Positions 38,169 through 48,373 are shown, counted from the first letter of the stretch. The stretch is 64,000 nucleotides of DNA from an uncultured Pseudomonadota bacterium (GCA_963749075.1 CAVVLJ010000017.1:384001-448000); one strand, 5' to 3'. Made by a program: numbers and translations. Notes: a model not told the origin generated them from the letters alone.

Positions 38169-39410
38169 TCAGGCGCTGAGGATGCCGATCACAGCGCCCG
38201 TCATGCAGCTGGCTAAGGTGCCCGAGACGATGGCGCGCGGCCCGAGCGCCACCACCTCGGCGCGGCGCACGGGGGCGAGCGAGCCGAGACCGCCGATCAT
38301 GATGCCGAGGCTGCCGAAATTGGCGAAGCCGCAGAGCGCGAAGGTCAAGATGAGCTTGCTGCGCGCGCCGAGCGCGTCTGCCGGCAGGGCGGCAAGATCG
38401 AGATAGGCGAGGAACTCGTTGAGCACGATCTTGGTGCCGAGGAGGGCGCCGGCCGTGCCCGCCTCGTGCCACGGTACGCCCATGAGCCAGGCGGCGGGCG
38501 CCATGATGATGCCGAGGAGCGCCTGGAGCGTGAGTGGCGCCATGCCGCCCACCGGCAGCAGGCCGAGCAGCTTGTTGACGAGGGCGACGAGCGCCACCAG
38601 CACGATCAGGAGGGCGATGATGTTGACGAGGAGCCGGATGCCGTCGGCAGTGCCCCGCGCGATGGCGTCGATCGCGCTCTGGTACTCGGCGGGCGGCGTT
38701 ACCTCGCCCGCGGTCGGCTCGCCTGACTCCGGCAGCATGAGGCGGGCGACCGTGATGCTCGCGGGAGCCGAGATGAGCGAGGCGGTCAAGAGCTGGCCGA
38801 TGGGATCGGGCACCACGCCCTTGAGCACCGTGGCATAGACCACCATCACGGTGCCCGCGATCATCGCCATGCCGCAGCTCATCATGGTGAAGAGCTCGCT
38901 GCGCGTGAGCTGTGCCAGATAGGGGCGGATGAGGAGCGGCGCCTCGATCATGCCGAGGAAGACGTTCGAGGAGACGACGACGCCGAGGGCACCTCCGAGG
39001 CGAAGCGTCTTCCTGAGCGCCCAGGCGAAGCCGCGCACCACGAACGGCAGGATGCGCCAATAGAAAAGGAGTGCGGAAAGCGCGCTGATGACGAGGACCA
39101 GCGGCAGGGCCTGGAAGGCGAGGATGAAGGCCGCCCCGGGACGCGTCTCGGCGAACGGCAGCGGCGCTCCGCCGAGATAGCCGAAGACGAAGCCGGTGCC
39201 CGCCGCGGTCGCCTCCTGGAGCGCGCTCACCGCGCGATTGAGCAGGAGGAAAGCGCTCTGCGAGGCCGGCAGCTTGACCAGGAGGACCGCGACGGCGAGC
39301 TGGACCGCGAGCCCGGCGGCAGTTCCCTTGAGCGAAATCCGCCGCCGGTTCTCGCTCAACAGCCAGGCGATGATCGTGAAGGACGCGAGCCCCAAAGCAC
39401 TCTGTGCCAT
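38169..39410 (-). CDS. Concentrative nucleoside transporter (NupC/CNT family)
   Basis: GTGFVFGYLGG, NVFLGMIEAP, GTKIVLNEF, ALCGFANFGSLGI. Confidence 0.93.
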   Translation of the reverse strand: MAQSALGLASFTIIAWLLSENRRRISLKGTAAGLAVQLAVAVLLVKLPASQSAFLLLNRAVSALQEATAAGTGFVFGYLGGAPLPFAETRPGAAFILAFQALPLVLVISALSALLFYWRILPFVVRGFAWALRKTLRLGGALGVVVSSNVFLGMIEAPLLIRPYLAQLTRSELFTMMSCGMAMIAGTVMVVYATVLKGVVPDPIGQLLTASLISAPASITVARLMLPESGEPTAGEVTPPAEYQSAIDAIARGTADGIRLLVNIIALLIVLVALVALVNKLLGLLPVGGMAPLTLQALLGIIMAPAAWLMGVPWHEAGTAGALLGTKIVLNEFLAYLDLAALPADALGARSKLILTFALCGFANFGSLGIMIGGLGSLAPVRRAEVVALGPRAIVSGTLASCMTGAVIGILSA

Positions 39411-39520
39411 ATGCCCCCCGCTCGCCCTCCATCATGGCCGCTCGCCGCCGCCTTGCAAAGGGAGTGGTGCGCATTGCTTTTCCCGCGCGATGCCGCATCA
39501 TGGGCGGCGGGGAGGAAGGC

Positions 39521-40255
39521 ATGAGCAGCTCCGAGCAGCAAGGCGCGCATCGCCCGAAGGGTGCGGTGGTGACGGGTGCCGCGGGCGACTTGGGCCGCGC
39601 CCTTGCCGAGAGCCTGATTGCCGACGACTACCGCGTCTACGGCGCAGACACGGCGGCACTCGAAGAGCGGCCGGGCCTCGTGCCGGTCAAGCTCGACGTG
39701 ACCGAGCGGGCCGCCGTCTTCGCCCTTGCCGAGCGCGCCGCCGAGGAGACCGCACTCTGGGCCTGGATCAACGCCGCCGGCATCGTCGCGGTGCAGCCGG
39801 TCGAGGAGGCCGACCCGGTGCTTTGGCAGCGCATCCTCGCGGTCAATCTCACCGGCACCTTCAACGGCTGCGCCGCCGCACTCTCCGTGCTCAAGCTCAC
39901 CGGCGGGCGCATCGTCAACATTGGCTCGATCTCGGGCCAGGTGGGCGGCGTCGGCCCGCACCCGGCCTACGGCGCCTCTAAGGCGGGCGTGCACGCCCTC
40001 ACCAAGTCCTATGCGCTCGCCGGTGCGCGCTACGGCATCACCTGCAACGCCGTGGCGCCCTTCGTGCTCGACGGCCGCATGGGGGAAAGCTTCAGCGCCG
40101 CTCAGCTCGAGAAGCTCGTGCGCAGCCATCCCTTGCGCCGCCTCGGCCGCATGGCGGAGGTGGTGCACGCCATCCGCTATCTCCTCGACCCCGCGGCCGG
40201 CTTCACCAACGGCATCGTGCTCCCGGTCAACGGCGGCGCGCTCATGACCGGTTGA
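39521..40255 (+). CDS. SDR-family oxidoreductase
   Basis: TGAAGDLG, NAAGI, YGASK; GGAGG RBS. Confidence 0.9.
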   Translation: MSSSEQQGAHRPKGAVVTGAAGDLGRALAESLIADDYRVYGADTAALEERPGLVPVKLDVTERAAVFALAERAAEETALWAWINAAGIVAVQPVEEADPVLWQRILAVNLTGTFNGCAAALSVLKLTGGRIVNIGSISGQVGGVGPHPAYGASKAGVHALTKSYALAGARYGITCNAVAPFVLDGRMGESFSAAQLEKLVRSHPLRRLGRMAEVVHAIRYLLDPAAGFTNGIVLPVNGGALMTG

Positions 40256-40261
40256 GCGGCC

Positions 40262-40309
40262 CCGGCGGGCGCTTCACGCCACGAACCGGCGGCCGCTTCA
40301 CGCCACGAA
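40262..40309. repeat. 24-bp tandem duplication including the uppP stop codon
   Basis: CCGGCGG(G/C)CGCTTCACGCCACGAA twice. Confidence 0.8.
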
Positions 40310-41137
40310 GAGGAGCAGCGCCAGTGCGACCAGGCCGGCGCCGGCGCAATAATAGGCGAAGGGGTCGAGCGCCTCGAAGTCGTGCTTGCCGAAATAGCGC
40401 ATGAGGAAGGCCGTGCTCAGATAGGCGGTGACGCCGGCGGCGACACCCGCCATGAGCGACACGGGCCCGAGGCCGCCTGCAGCAGGCCCGGCGTGGAGGA
40501 GCTTCGGCACTTCCAGCACTCCGGCGCCCGCGATGATCGGGGTCGCGAGGAGGAAGGAGAAGTGCGCCGCCTCCTTGTGATGGAGCCCGGCTAGTAGCCC
40601 GCCCACCATCGTGGCCCCCGAGCGCGAGATGCCGGGAATGAGGGCAAGGCATTGCCACGCCCCGATCATGAGAGCCTTCTTCCAATCGAGCGCCGCGAGC
40701 GGCGCCCCGCCTCGCCGCTTGAGCCGCTCGGCGGCGAAGAGCACGGCACCATTCACGACGAGAAAGGCGGCCGCCACGACCGGCGCGCCGAAGAGCGCCC
40801 GGAGCGGCTTCTCGAGTACTAAGCCGACGATCACCGCAGGAATGGTGCCCACCACGATGAGGCGGAGAAGCCGCAAGTTCGCAGCCCGGCGCTCGCCTGA
40901 GCCGAGGCCGAGCACGGCGCGTGCTATGTCGGTCCAGTCGCGCCAGAAATAGATAAGAAGCGCTGACGCCGTGCCGAGATGCAGCACCACGAGAAAGGGG
41001 AGGAACGCCTCGCCGCGCTGATCGAGCTGCCAGCCGAGGAGCTTGGGCAGGATCACGGCGTGCCCGAGGCTGCTCACCGGAAAGAGCTCGGTGACGCCCT
41101 GGAGAACGGCGAAGAGGATGGCTTGCAGCGCGGACAC
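40298..41137 (-). CDS. uppP: Undecaprenyl-diphosphate phosphatase
   Basis: LQGVTELFPVSSLGH, LIPGISRSGAT, FSFLLATP. Confidence 0.95.
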   Translation of the reverse strand: MSALQAILFAVLQGVTELFPVSSLGHAVILPKLLGWQLDQRGEAFLPFLVVLHLGTASALLIYFWRDWTDIARAVLGLGSGERRAANLRLLRLIVVGTIPAVIVGLVLEKPLRALFGAPVVAAAFLVVNGAVLFAAERLKRRGGAPLAALDWKKALMIGAWQCLALIPGISRSGATMVGGLLAGLHHKEAAHFSFLLATPIIAGAGVLEVPKLLHAGPAAGGLGPVSLMAGVAAGVTAYLSTAFLMRYFGKHDFEALDPFAYYCAGAGLVALALLLFVA

Positions 41138-41205
41138 GCGGTACCTCGGGTTGCGACGCGCCGCTTGTAGCGATCAGGAAGGCCGCTGGCAAGCCGCAGG
41201 CAGTG

Positions 41206-41319
41206 CTAGCGCTTCTCCTCGTGGCGCGCCTCGACGACGGTGACGGCGGCGAGGCTCACGATGAAAACCACGAAGGCGATGACGGTGAGGGCGAGATAGA
41301 GCTCTTGGCCGAGCGGCAT
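41206..41319 (-). CDS. Small single-TM membrane protein (37 aa), absent from the ORF track
   Basis: MPLGQELYLALTVIAFVVFIVSLAAVTVVEARHEEKR; AAGGGAGA RBS; strongly GC3-biased codons. Confidence 0.75.
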   Translation of the reverse strand: MPLGQELYLALTVIAFVVFIVSLAAVTVVEARHEEKR

Positions 41320-41388
41320 GGCGGTCTCCCTTGGACGTTCGAGCGCGGTCCTTCGCGGCCTCCCTCGCACGCCTCGCAGGCCGGGTCA

Positions 41389-41402
41389 TTGATCTCGATC
41401 AA
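41389..41402. promoter_or_regulatory. Perfect FixK/Fnr box
   Basis: TTGATCTCGATCAA between divergent genes. Confidence 0.8.
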
Positions 41403-41461
41403 AAAATGCCGCTCCGGCGCCGCGCCTTGCGCTACATTGCGAGCGCGGCCCGAGGCGGAAC

Positions 41462-42151
41462 ATGGTGGCGGCGATGGATGCCAAGTTCTCGAATTTCTGC
41501 GAGCGCGATCTCGCGCAGCTGCCCTCGCTCGCGCGCGGCGAGGCGGGGGTCACGGAAGTTCCCCTCCTCCGTGCGACAGCCGAGACGCTTCAAGGCTACG
41601 GCCACCTGGTCCGCGACTTTGCCGCAGCCGAGGTCACCATCGTCACCTGGCCGCAGCCGGGCTGGCGCCGCATCGTGCCCGGCACCGGCAACGAGGGCGG
41701 GATCGTCGCCGACGTCTTCCGCATGGAGCGGCGCGGCCAGCTCCAGCACGCCGTCAATCAGGCGGTCGGGCGCAGCTACGTCACCGGCTGGTTCGCCGAC
41801 CCGGCGACGGCGTCGGAGGACAGCGCCGAGGGCGATTTCACGCGCATCTATACCCACGAGGCCAACTATCATCCCGACGGCGGCCAGATCTTCTTTCCGC
41901 GCGCGGGGGCACCCTTCGTGGCGCTTCTGGCGAAAGCCGGCGACGACGCGCGCCCGGAGGACTTCGTCGCCTTCTATTTCGACGGCAGCCGCGGCGTGCA
42001 CATCGATCCTTGTGTCTGGCACCAGCCGGTCTTCCCGCTCGCCGCACGCGCGGTGTTCGACGACAAGCAGGGCCGCGTCCATGCCTGCGTCGCCGTCGAC
42101 TTCCTCTCGGAGTTCGGCCGCTACCTCTCGGTGCCGTTACGCGCCGTCTGA
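41462..42151 (+). CDS. Ureidoglycolate lyase-like cupin protein
   Basis: NYHPDGGQIFFP…FVAF…GVHIDPCVWHQP. Confidence 0.65.
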   Translation: MVAAMDAKFSNFCERDLAQLPSLARGEAGVTEVPLLRATAETLQGYGHLVRDFAAAEVTIVTWPQPGWRRIVPGTGNEGGIVADVFRMERRGQLQHAVNQAVGRSYVTGWFADPATASEDSAEGDFTRIYTHEANYHPDGGQIFFPRAGAPFVALLAKAGDDARPEDFVAFYFDGSRGVHIDPCVWHQPVFPLAARAVFDDKQGRVHACVAVDFLSEFGRYLSVPLRAV

Positions 42152-42161
42152 GATGCCGCGC

Positions 42162-42926
42162 TCAGCCCTGCACGGAATAGCCGCCGTCGACCGGGATCGC
42201 GGTGCCGGTGAGAAAATCGGAGGCAGGGCTCGCGAGGAAGACCGCGATGCCGGCAAGGTCGCGGGGCTCGCCCCAGCGGCCGGCCGGGGTGCGGGCGAGC
42301 ACGCGCTCGTGCAGGCCCTCCACCTCGCGCCGCGCCCGGCGCGTGAGATCGGTGTCGATCCAGCCCGGCAGCACGGAATTCACCTGGATGTCGTGTTTGG
42401 CCCAGGCGGTGGCGAGCGCCCTGGTGAGCTGCACCACGCCGCCCTTGCTCGCCGCATAGGGCGTCGCGAAGGAGGCCGCGAAGATCGACATCATCGAGCC
42501 GATGTTGATGATCTTGCCCTTGCCGGCGCTCAGCAGCGCGGGATAGGCGGCCTGGCAGCAATAGAAGATGGCCGAGAGGTTGGTCTCGATCACGGTGTGC
42601 CATTCCTCGAGGGTATATTCCTGAGGGGCATGGCGAATATTGGTGCCGGCATTGTTGACGAGGATATCGAGCCGCCCGAAGCGCTGCACGGTCGCCTCTA
42701 CCATGGCCTGGCAGGCCTTGCGGTCGGTCACGTCGACCTCCACGGATGCGGCCTTGGCGCCATGGCCCGCGAGCGCCTTTACGGCGGCGGTGTTCTTCGC
42801 CGCATTGCGGCCGGCGACCATGACGGCGGCACCCGCCTCCGCCAGGCCCTCCGCCATGCCGAGTCCGATGCCGCCGTTGCCGCCCGTGACGAGTGCGACG
42901 CGTCCCGCTAGATCGAATGACGTCAT
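42162..42926 (-). CDS. SDR oxidoreductase (KduD/gluconate 5-dehydrogenase-like)
   Basis: TGGNGGIG, NNAG, YAASK, PVDGGY. Confidence 0.9.
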   Translation of the reverse strand: MTSFDLAGRVALVTGGNGGIGLGMAEGLAEAGAAVMVAGRNAAKNTAAVKALAGHGAKAASVEVDVTDRKACQAMVEATVQRFGRLDILVNNAGTNIRHAPQEYTLEEWHTVIETNLSAIFYCCQAAYPALLSAGKGKIINIGSMMSIFAASFATPYAASKGGVVQLTRALATAWAKHDIQVNSVLPGWIDTDLTRRARREVEGLHERVLARTPAGRWGEPRDLAGIAVFLASPASDFLTGTAIPVDGGYSVQG

Positions 42927-42962
42927 GATGCTCCTCCCCGCCGCAGCGCCCGGCCGCGGTCC

Positions 42963-44159
42963 CTATAGGATATTGGCGACGCGCGTGAGCGCCTCTTCGG
43001 TCTCCTCGAGCCCGCTCACCAGCGCCAGGCGGATGTAGCTCCGGCTCGCGTTGGCGCCGTCGGCACCGGGCCGCGTGAGATAGGCGCCGGGCAGTGCTTT
43101 GACGCCCGCCTCGGCCCAGAGGCGCCTGGCCGCGGCCTCGCCGTCGCCCACCTCGAGCCAGAGATAGAAGCCGCCCGCCGGCCGATAGAAGCCCAAGCGG
43201 CCCTTGAGCAGCCGCTCCGCGATGTCGAACTTGGCGCGGTAGGCGGCGCGCGTCTCCACCACGTGCGCCTCGTCGCGCCACAGCGCGGTCGCCGCCTCGA
43301 GCGTGGCGACCGGCGTCGCGGCGCAGCTGTAGGTGCGCAGGCGGTGGAAGAGCGCCATGGCATGGGGTGCGCCCACCGCGAAGCCGGAGCGCAGACCCGG
43401 CGCGCTCGAGCGCTTGGAGAGCGTGTGGAAGACGAGGAGATTGTCGAGCGAGCCGCCGAGCGCCGCCGCGGCCTCGAGCGAGCCCGTGGGCGGCGCCTCG
43501 GTCGTGTAGATCTCCGCGTAGCACTCGTCCATCACGAGGAGGAAGTCGTGCTCGCGCGCAAGTGCCAAGACCCGCTTGAGGTAATCGAGGTCCGCCACGG
43601 CGCCCTGCGGGTTCGCCGGCGAGCAGAGATACATGAGCTGGGTGCGCTCGAGCGTCGCGGAATCGAGCGCCTCGAGGGCCGGGAGGAAGCCGGTCTCGCG
43701 CGTGGCCGGGAGGAAGATCGGCTCCGCCCCGGCGAGGAGTGCGGCACCCACATAGACCTGATAGAACGGATTGGGCATGAGTGCCAGAGGCCGCGCATGG
43801 CCGCCGTTCTCGGCCGTGATGCCGAGCGTGGCCGCCATATAGAGCCCCTCCCGCGTGCCTGCGCAAGGCGAGATCATGGTCTCGGGATCGATCATCCCCT
43901 CGGGCAGGCGGTAGCGGTGCACGAGCCAGTCGGCGCACGCCTTGCGGAACTCGGGCGTGCCATTGAGCGGCGGATAGCGGTTCCAGCTATCGGCCCGCCG
44001 GTCGATGAGGGAGCGGATGAAGGCCGGCGGCTGGTGCTGCGGCTCGCCCACCGAGAGGTCGATCGGCATCAGGTTGGTGCGCGGCCCGCTCGCGGCGATC
44101 AGATCGGCAAGGCGTTTGAAGGGGGAGTCGCGCAGGGCTTCCAGGCGGCTGTTGAGCAT
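42963..44159 (-). CDS. Class I/II PLP aminotransferase (DapC-like)
   Basis: LSVGEPQH, PNPFYQVY, CSPANPQG, DECYAEIY, LSKRSSAPGLRSG. Confidence 0.9.
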   Translation of the reverse strand: MLNSRLEALRDSPFKRLADLIAASGPRTNLMPIDLSVGEPQHQPPAFIRSLIDRRADSWNRYPPLNGTPEFRKACADWLVHRYRLPEGMIDPETMISPCAGTREGLYMAATLGITAENGGHARPLALMPNPFYQVYVGAALLAGAEPIFLPATRETGFLPALEALDSATLERTQLMYLCSPANPQGAVADLDYLKRVLALAREHDFLLVMDECYAEIYTTEAPPTGSLEAAAALGGSLDNLLVFHTLSKRSSAPGLRSGFAVGAPHAMALFHRLRTYSCAATPVATLEAATALWRDEAHVVETRAAYRAKFDIAERLLKGRLGFYRPAGGFYLWLEVGDGEAAARRLWAEAGVKALPGAYLTRPGADGANASRSYIRLALVSGLEETEEALTRVANIL

Positions 44160-44527
44160 CGCGAACGATCCGGGCGGGCGCCTGAGGCCGGAGGGGACGG
44201 TGCTGACGAATGCCTCGACGCGGCCGCTACTTAGAGCGGGCCGCTCCGGCGCTGTCAAATCCTTTCACGCCCGCCGCCGCCGCGCCGCACCGCCGCCGCG
44301 CGAGCGGGTGCCAATGCACGGCGCGGCCGTGGCGGGCGCCACAGCACCGGGTCGAAGCAATTGATAATAATTGCATAACATTTTAGTCGTATAAGCGATT
44401 TGTTGCTATCCGGATCAAGGTACCAGCGCAATATTTGGACAGGATTGGACGAAAGTGCTACAAGATGTCGGTTGTTAATCACGTCGGCGTATTCGGCCAC
44501 CCTCCCTCACAGGGCGAGGAAGCGGGC

Positions 44528-47389
44528 ATGGTGGAGCGGGCTCAAGAGGCCGGTGGCATGCGTCTGCCGGCGCGCTCGCCGGTCGCCGCCAAGGCGCCGG
44601 CAGCTCCGGGAAAGGGCGGTTCCACGCGCCGCCGCTATTTGCCGGTTGCGGCGACAATCGGCGTCGGCATCATCAGCTGGATCGCCGCCTTCATCGTGGT
44701 GATGCGGCTCGAGGCGGGTGCCGCGCTCTCCGAGCTCGACGCCTATGCCAAGAACCAGTCCGTCATCCTGCAGGAGCGGGTCACGGACTATGGCGCCCTC
44801 CTGCGCGATCTGCAGGCCTATTTCGACGCGTCGGGAGGCAAGCTCGAGCGCGATCAGTTCGCGAGCCTGGCGGGCGAGTTGCTGCGGCGCCAGGTCGGTA
44901 TCCATGCGCTCGAGTGGATACCGCGCGTAAAGCCCGGCGAGCGCGAGGACTTCCAGGCGGCCGCGCGCCGCGCCGGCCTCGCCGGTTTTCACATCACCGA
45001 GCGCGCCGCCGGCGGCGGCGTCGCGGAAGCAGCACCTCGGGACGACTATTACCCGGTCTTGGACGTGGTGCCGCAAAAGGGCAACGAGGAGGACCTGGGC
45101 CTCGATTTGGCAGCGGGCCCGCCCGGACGCGCCGCGCTCGAAAAAGCGCGCGATACGGGAGAGCTCGTCGCCACCGCCCCGCGCGAGCTCGGACCGGGCG
45201 GCAGGCTCGGCAAAGGCTTTCTCATCCTCGCCCCGGTCTACAGCGCAGGGTCGCGCCATGACACGGTGGACGCGCGGCGCGCGAGCTTCCTCGGCGTGTT
45301 CGCCGGCTCCTTCCGCATCGGCGCCATCATCGATGCGATCGGCTCCGGCGCCGCGAAGCCCGGCGGCTTTGACCGCTACCTCTACGATCAGAGCGCAGGC
45401 GATGCCGAGCGACTGCTCGACTTCACGCCGTCGGCGCAACGCGAGGCGCCGAAGCCGATGCTGGCGGAGAGCGCGCTCGCCCGCGTGCTCCATTGGGAGG
45501 GCACCATCAAGGTCGCCAACCGCGACTGGACCCTTGCCTTCGTGCCGGTGCGTCCCTTCGGCATCACCACGCTCAGCTGGAATGCCGTCGGTGCGCTCGT
45601 CGAGGGCGCCGCGATGACCGGCATGATCGTCCTCTATCAGCTGCTGTCGCTGCGGCGCACCGAGCAGCTCGAGCTGCTCAACAGCGAGCTCGCCAACGCC
45701 AACCGCATCGTCGAGAACAGCCCGACCATCCTCTACCGCATCGGCATCGAGGACGCGCTGCCGCTCGTCTATGTATCGAGCAACGTGGAGCTCTACGGCT
45801 ACAGTCCGCATGAGCTCATGGCGCGGCCGGACCGCTGGGCCGAGCTCATCCACCCCGAGGACTACCCCGGCTTCATGGCGGACGTGAGCGCGCTCCTCGC
45901 CGGCCAGTCGGACCAGTTCCGCCGCGAGTTCCGCTGGCTCAAGCGGGACGGCGTCTGCGTCTGGTTCGATACCCGCCTGCATGCGCTGCGCGACGCCAAG
46001 GAGCGGCTGGTGGCGCTCGAAGGCATCCTCTTCGACATCACCGAGCGCAGGGTGGCGGGCGACAAGATCGCCGAGCTGGCGCGCACCGATTCGCTCACCA
46101 CGCTGCCCAACCGCTCGGCCTTCGTCGAGCGGCTGGCCTCGGCCTTCGCCGGCATCAAGCGCGGCGGCAGCCCCTTTGCCGTCATCTACCTCGACCTCGA
46201 CAACTTCAAGGACGTGAACGACGTGCTCGGCCACCCGGCGGGCGATCAGCTCCTGCGGGCGGTCGCCGACCGGCTCAAGTCCTGCATACGCGCCAACGAC
46301 CTCGTCGCCCGCTTCGGAGGCGACGAATTCGCGGTGCTGCAATCGGACGTGACCAACTCGCTGGCCGCCGCCACGCTTGCCGACAAGATCATCGAGGCCG
46401 TGGCCGCACCCTACATGCTCGACGGCGCCGAGGTGCACGTCACGACGAGCACCGGCATCTCGCTCTTCAGCCCGGACGTCTCGGGTCCAGAGGCCATGAT
46501 GCGGCAGGCCGACCTGGCGCTCTACCGCGCCAAGGAGGAGGGCCGCGGCCGCTTCTGCTTCCATTCCGCGGATCTCGACAAGCAGGTGCGCGAGCGGGTG
46601 ACGCTCGCGGACGAGCTGCGCACCGCCATCAAGTCGGGCGAGCTCGAGCTCTATTACCAGCCGCAGGTGGAGTCCGGCAGCGACCGCATCGTCGGGCTCG
46701 AGGCGCTGATCCGCTGGAACCACCCCAAGCGCGGCATGCTGTCGCCCGGGCTCTTCATCCCGATCGCGGAGAAGACGGGGCTCATCCTGCCGCTCGGCCG
46801 CTGGGTCTTCGAGGAGGCGTGCCACCAGCTCAGGATCTGGCGCGATCAGGGGATCGAGACGCCGACCATGTCCGTCAACGCGTCGGCGGTGCAGTTCAAG
46901 CCGACCTCGGACTTTGAGCGCGAGATCATGGAGAGCTTCGCCAAGTGGAACATCGCCCCCGGCGACATGGAGATCGAGCTCACGGAATCCGTGCTGATGG
47001 AGCATACGGAGAAGCAGAACAACGTCATCGAGCGCCTGCGCAAGGCCGGCGTGCGCATCGCCATCGACGACTTCGGCACCGGCTATTCGTCCCTCGATTA
47101 TCTCTCGGTCTATCCGATAACCCGCCTCAAGATCGCCCAGCAGCTCATCTCGAAGAGCATGGACGACTCGAAGAACACCGCCATCGTGCGCGCGGCGATC
47201 ACCCTTGCCCGCGATCTCGGCGTCGACGTCATCGCCGAAGGCGTCGAGACCAGGGATCAGATGAACTTCCTCGCCGAGGCCGGCTGCAAGAACGTCCAGG
47301 GCTATTACTACAGCACGCCCGTGAAGGTGGCCGATGCCACGGCGATGCTGCGCAAGGGCACGGTCGCGGGCAAGCCCGTCGAGGCCTGA
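44528..47389 (+). CDS. CHASE-PAS-GGDEF-EAL c-di-GMP enzyme
   Basis: Two TM helices flanking a CHASE-like region; IHPED PAS; RFGGDEF; EALIRW; DDFGTGYSSL. Confidence 0.93.
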   Translation: MVERAQEAGGMRLPARSPVAAKAPAAPGKGGSTRRRYLPVAATIGVGIISWIAAFIVVMRLEAGAALSELDAYAKNQSVILQERVTDYGALLRDLQAYFDASGGKLERDQFASLAGELLRRQVGIHALEWIPRVKPGEREDFQAAARRAGLAGFHITERAAGGGVAEAAPRDDYYPVLDVVPQKGNEEDLGLDLAAGPPGRAALEKARDTGELVATAPRELGPGGRLGKGFLILAPVYSAGSRHDTVDARRASFLGVFAGSFRIGAIIDAIGSGAAKPGGFDRYLYDQSAGDAERLLDFTPSAQREAPKPMLAESALARVLHWEGTIKVANRDWTLAFVPVRPFGITTLSWNAVGALVEGAAMTGMIVLYQLLSLRRTEQLELLNSELANANRIVENSPTILYRIGIEDALPLVYVSSNVELYGYSPHELMARPDRWAELIHPEDYPGFMADVSALLAGQSDQFRREFRWLKRDGVCVWFDTRLHALRDAKERLVALEGILFDITERRVAGDKIAELARTDSLTTLPNRSAFVERLASAFAGIKRGGSPFAVIYLDLDNFKDVNDVLGHPAGDQLLRAVADRLKSCIRANDLVARFGGDEFAVLQSDVTNSLAAATLADKIIEAVAAPYMLDGAEVHVTTSTGISLFSPDVSGPEAMMRQADLALYRAKEEGRGRFCFHSADLDKQVRERVTLADELRTAIKSGELELYYQPQVESGSDRIVGLEALIRWNHPKRGMLSPGLFIPIAEKTGLILPLGRWVFEEACHQLRIWRDQGIETPTMSVNASAVQFKPTSDFEREIMESFAKWNIAPGDMEIELTESVLMEHTEKQNNVIERLRKAGVRIAIDDFGTGYSSLDYLSVYPITRLKIAQQLISKSMDDSKNTAIVRAAITLARDLGVDVIAEGVETRDQMNFLAEAGCKNVQGYYYSTPVKVADATAMLRKGTVAGKPVEA

Positions 47390-47427
47390 AGCCGGCGGCT
47401 GGCACTCCCCATCGTTGCGGCGAGCGT

Positions 47428-47528
47428 CACCCCCTCCCCACCCTCCCCCTTCAAGGGGGAGGGGGATTTTCGTTGCCATGCCAAGCTCTCTCCCTCCCCC
47501 CTTGAGGGGGAGGGTGGGGAGGGGGGTG
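47428..47528. repeat. C/G-rich REP-like palindromic doublet, intact copy, between convergent genes
   Basis: CCCTCCCCCTTCAAGGGGGAGGG…CCCTCCCCCCTTGAGGGGGAGGG with outer inverted arms. Confidence 0.8.
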
Positions 47529-47549
47529 CGGGCGCCATGATCGTGAGGG

Positions 47550-48311
47550 CTACGAGCCCTTGGCGAACGAGTACCACTGCTGGGCGCCGTCGGCGCCGGT
47601 CCAGTAGAAATCGAGGTGGCCGTCCGTCACGGTTGCGCGGCCGCCGTTCCACTCCGCAAGCCGGCCGTCGAAGACGATGTCGTTGCCGTACACCTTGTAG
47701 TGGCCCGCCGGCTGCCCGTTGAAAGCGTATCTCCCGTCGTCCGTCATCTCGATGGTGCCCATGATGCCCGCCGTGGCGCGCCAAGTGCCGACGAGCGCAA
47801 TAAGGGCCGCGATCCTTGGCGAAACCGGCGCCCTGGCCGGGGCCGCGGCGGGCGGTGCCGCCGGGGGCCGCATGGCGACCTGCGGGGGCTGTGTTGCTCT
47901 GGGCGCCGCGGCGCTGCCGCGCGCGAGGGTGAAGTACCCGACCGCGATCACCATGCCGTTGCCGTCGTCGGGCATGAGCAAGAACTCGTAGCGGCTGGCG
48001 CGCAGCTCGTAGAGGGGAATGCTCGCCGCATAGTGTCCGTTCTTGGCGGTAGCACCGGTTTGCCGCATGACCACGCGATGGGCCACGACATCGTCGAGGC
48101 GGAGGATCATGGGCTTGCCAGGAAAGGCGCCGAGCGCACCCGCGAGCTCGAGCGAGGCGTCGCCGCGGCGCTGGTCCCACCGCGGCGTGCAGGCGATGCC
48201 GGGGCACTGGAGGTCGACCAGCCGCGCGGGCGGCAGCACCACGGCCGCGGGCGGCGCGCTGCCGCAGGCAGCGAGCCCAAGACACAAGGCAGGCGCAAGC
48301 CTCGACAACAT
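47550..48311 (-). CDS. Hypothetical two-domain lipoprotein
   Basis: Lipobox LAAC; Pro/Ala linker between two beta-rich regions. Confidence 0.7.
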   Translation of the reverse strand: MLSRLAPALCLGLAACGSAPPAAVVLPPARLVDLQCPGIACTPRWDQRRGDASLELAGALGAFPGKPMILRLDDVVAHRVVMRQTGATAKNGHYAASIPLYELRASRYEFLLMPDDGNGMVIAVGYFTLARGSAAAPRATQPPQVAMRPPAAPPAAAPARAPVSPRIAALIALVGTWRATAGIMGTIEMTDDGRYAFNGQPAGHYKVYGNDIVFDGRLAEWNGGRATVTDGHLDFYWTGADGAQQWYSFAKGS

Positions 48312-48373
48312 GACCAGACGTTTGTCTATATCTTGTATGGTTCGGCGTCAGAACTCTACAATACGAAGTAGCT

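Noticed and set aside
44359-44400. Fur-like box TGATAATAATTGCAT upstream of the GGDEF-EAL gene
   Set aside because: Only one half-site matches well within a generally AT-rich promoter
44507-47479. Long antisense ORFs (for example 990 aa here, 812 aa at 52423-54861, 885 aa at 28169-30826)
   Set aside because: Shadow ORFs expected opposite high-GC3 genes; no motifs
48340-48354. GTTC-N7-GAAC as a LexA box
   Set aside because: The alphaproteobacterial LexA site is the direct repeat GTTC-N7-GTTC; this one is inverted
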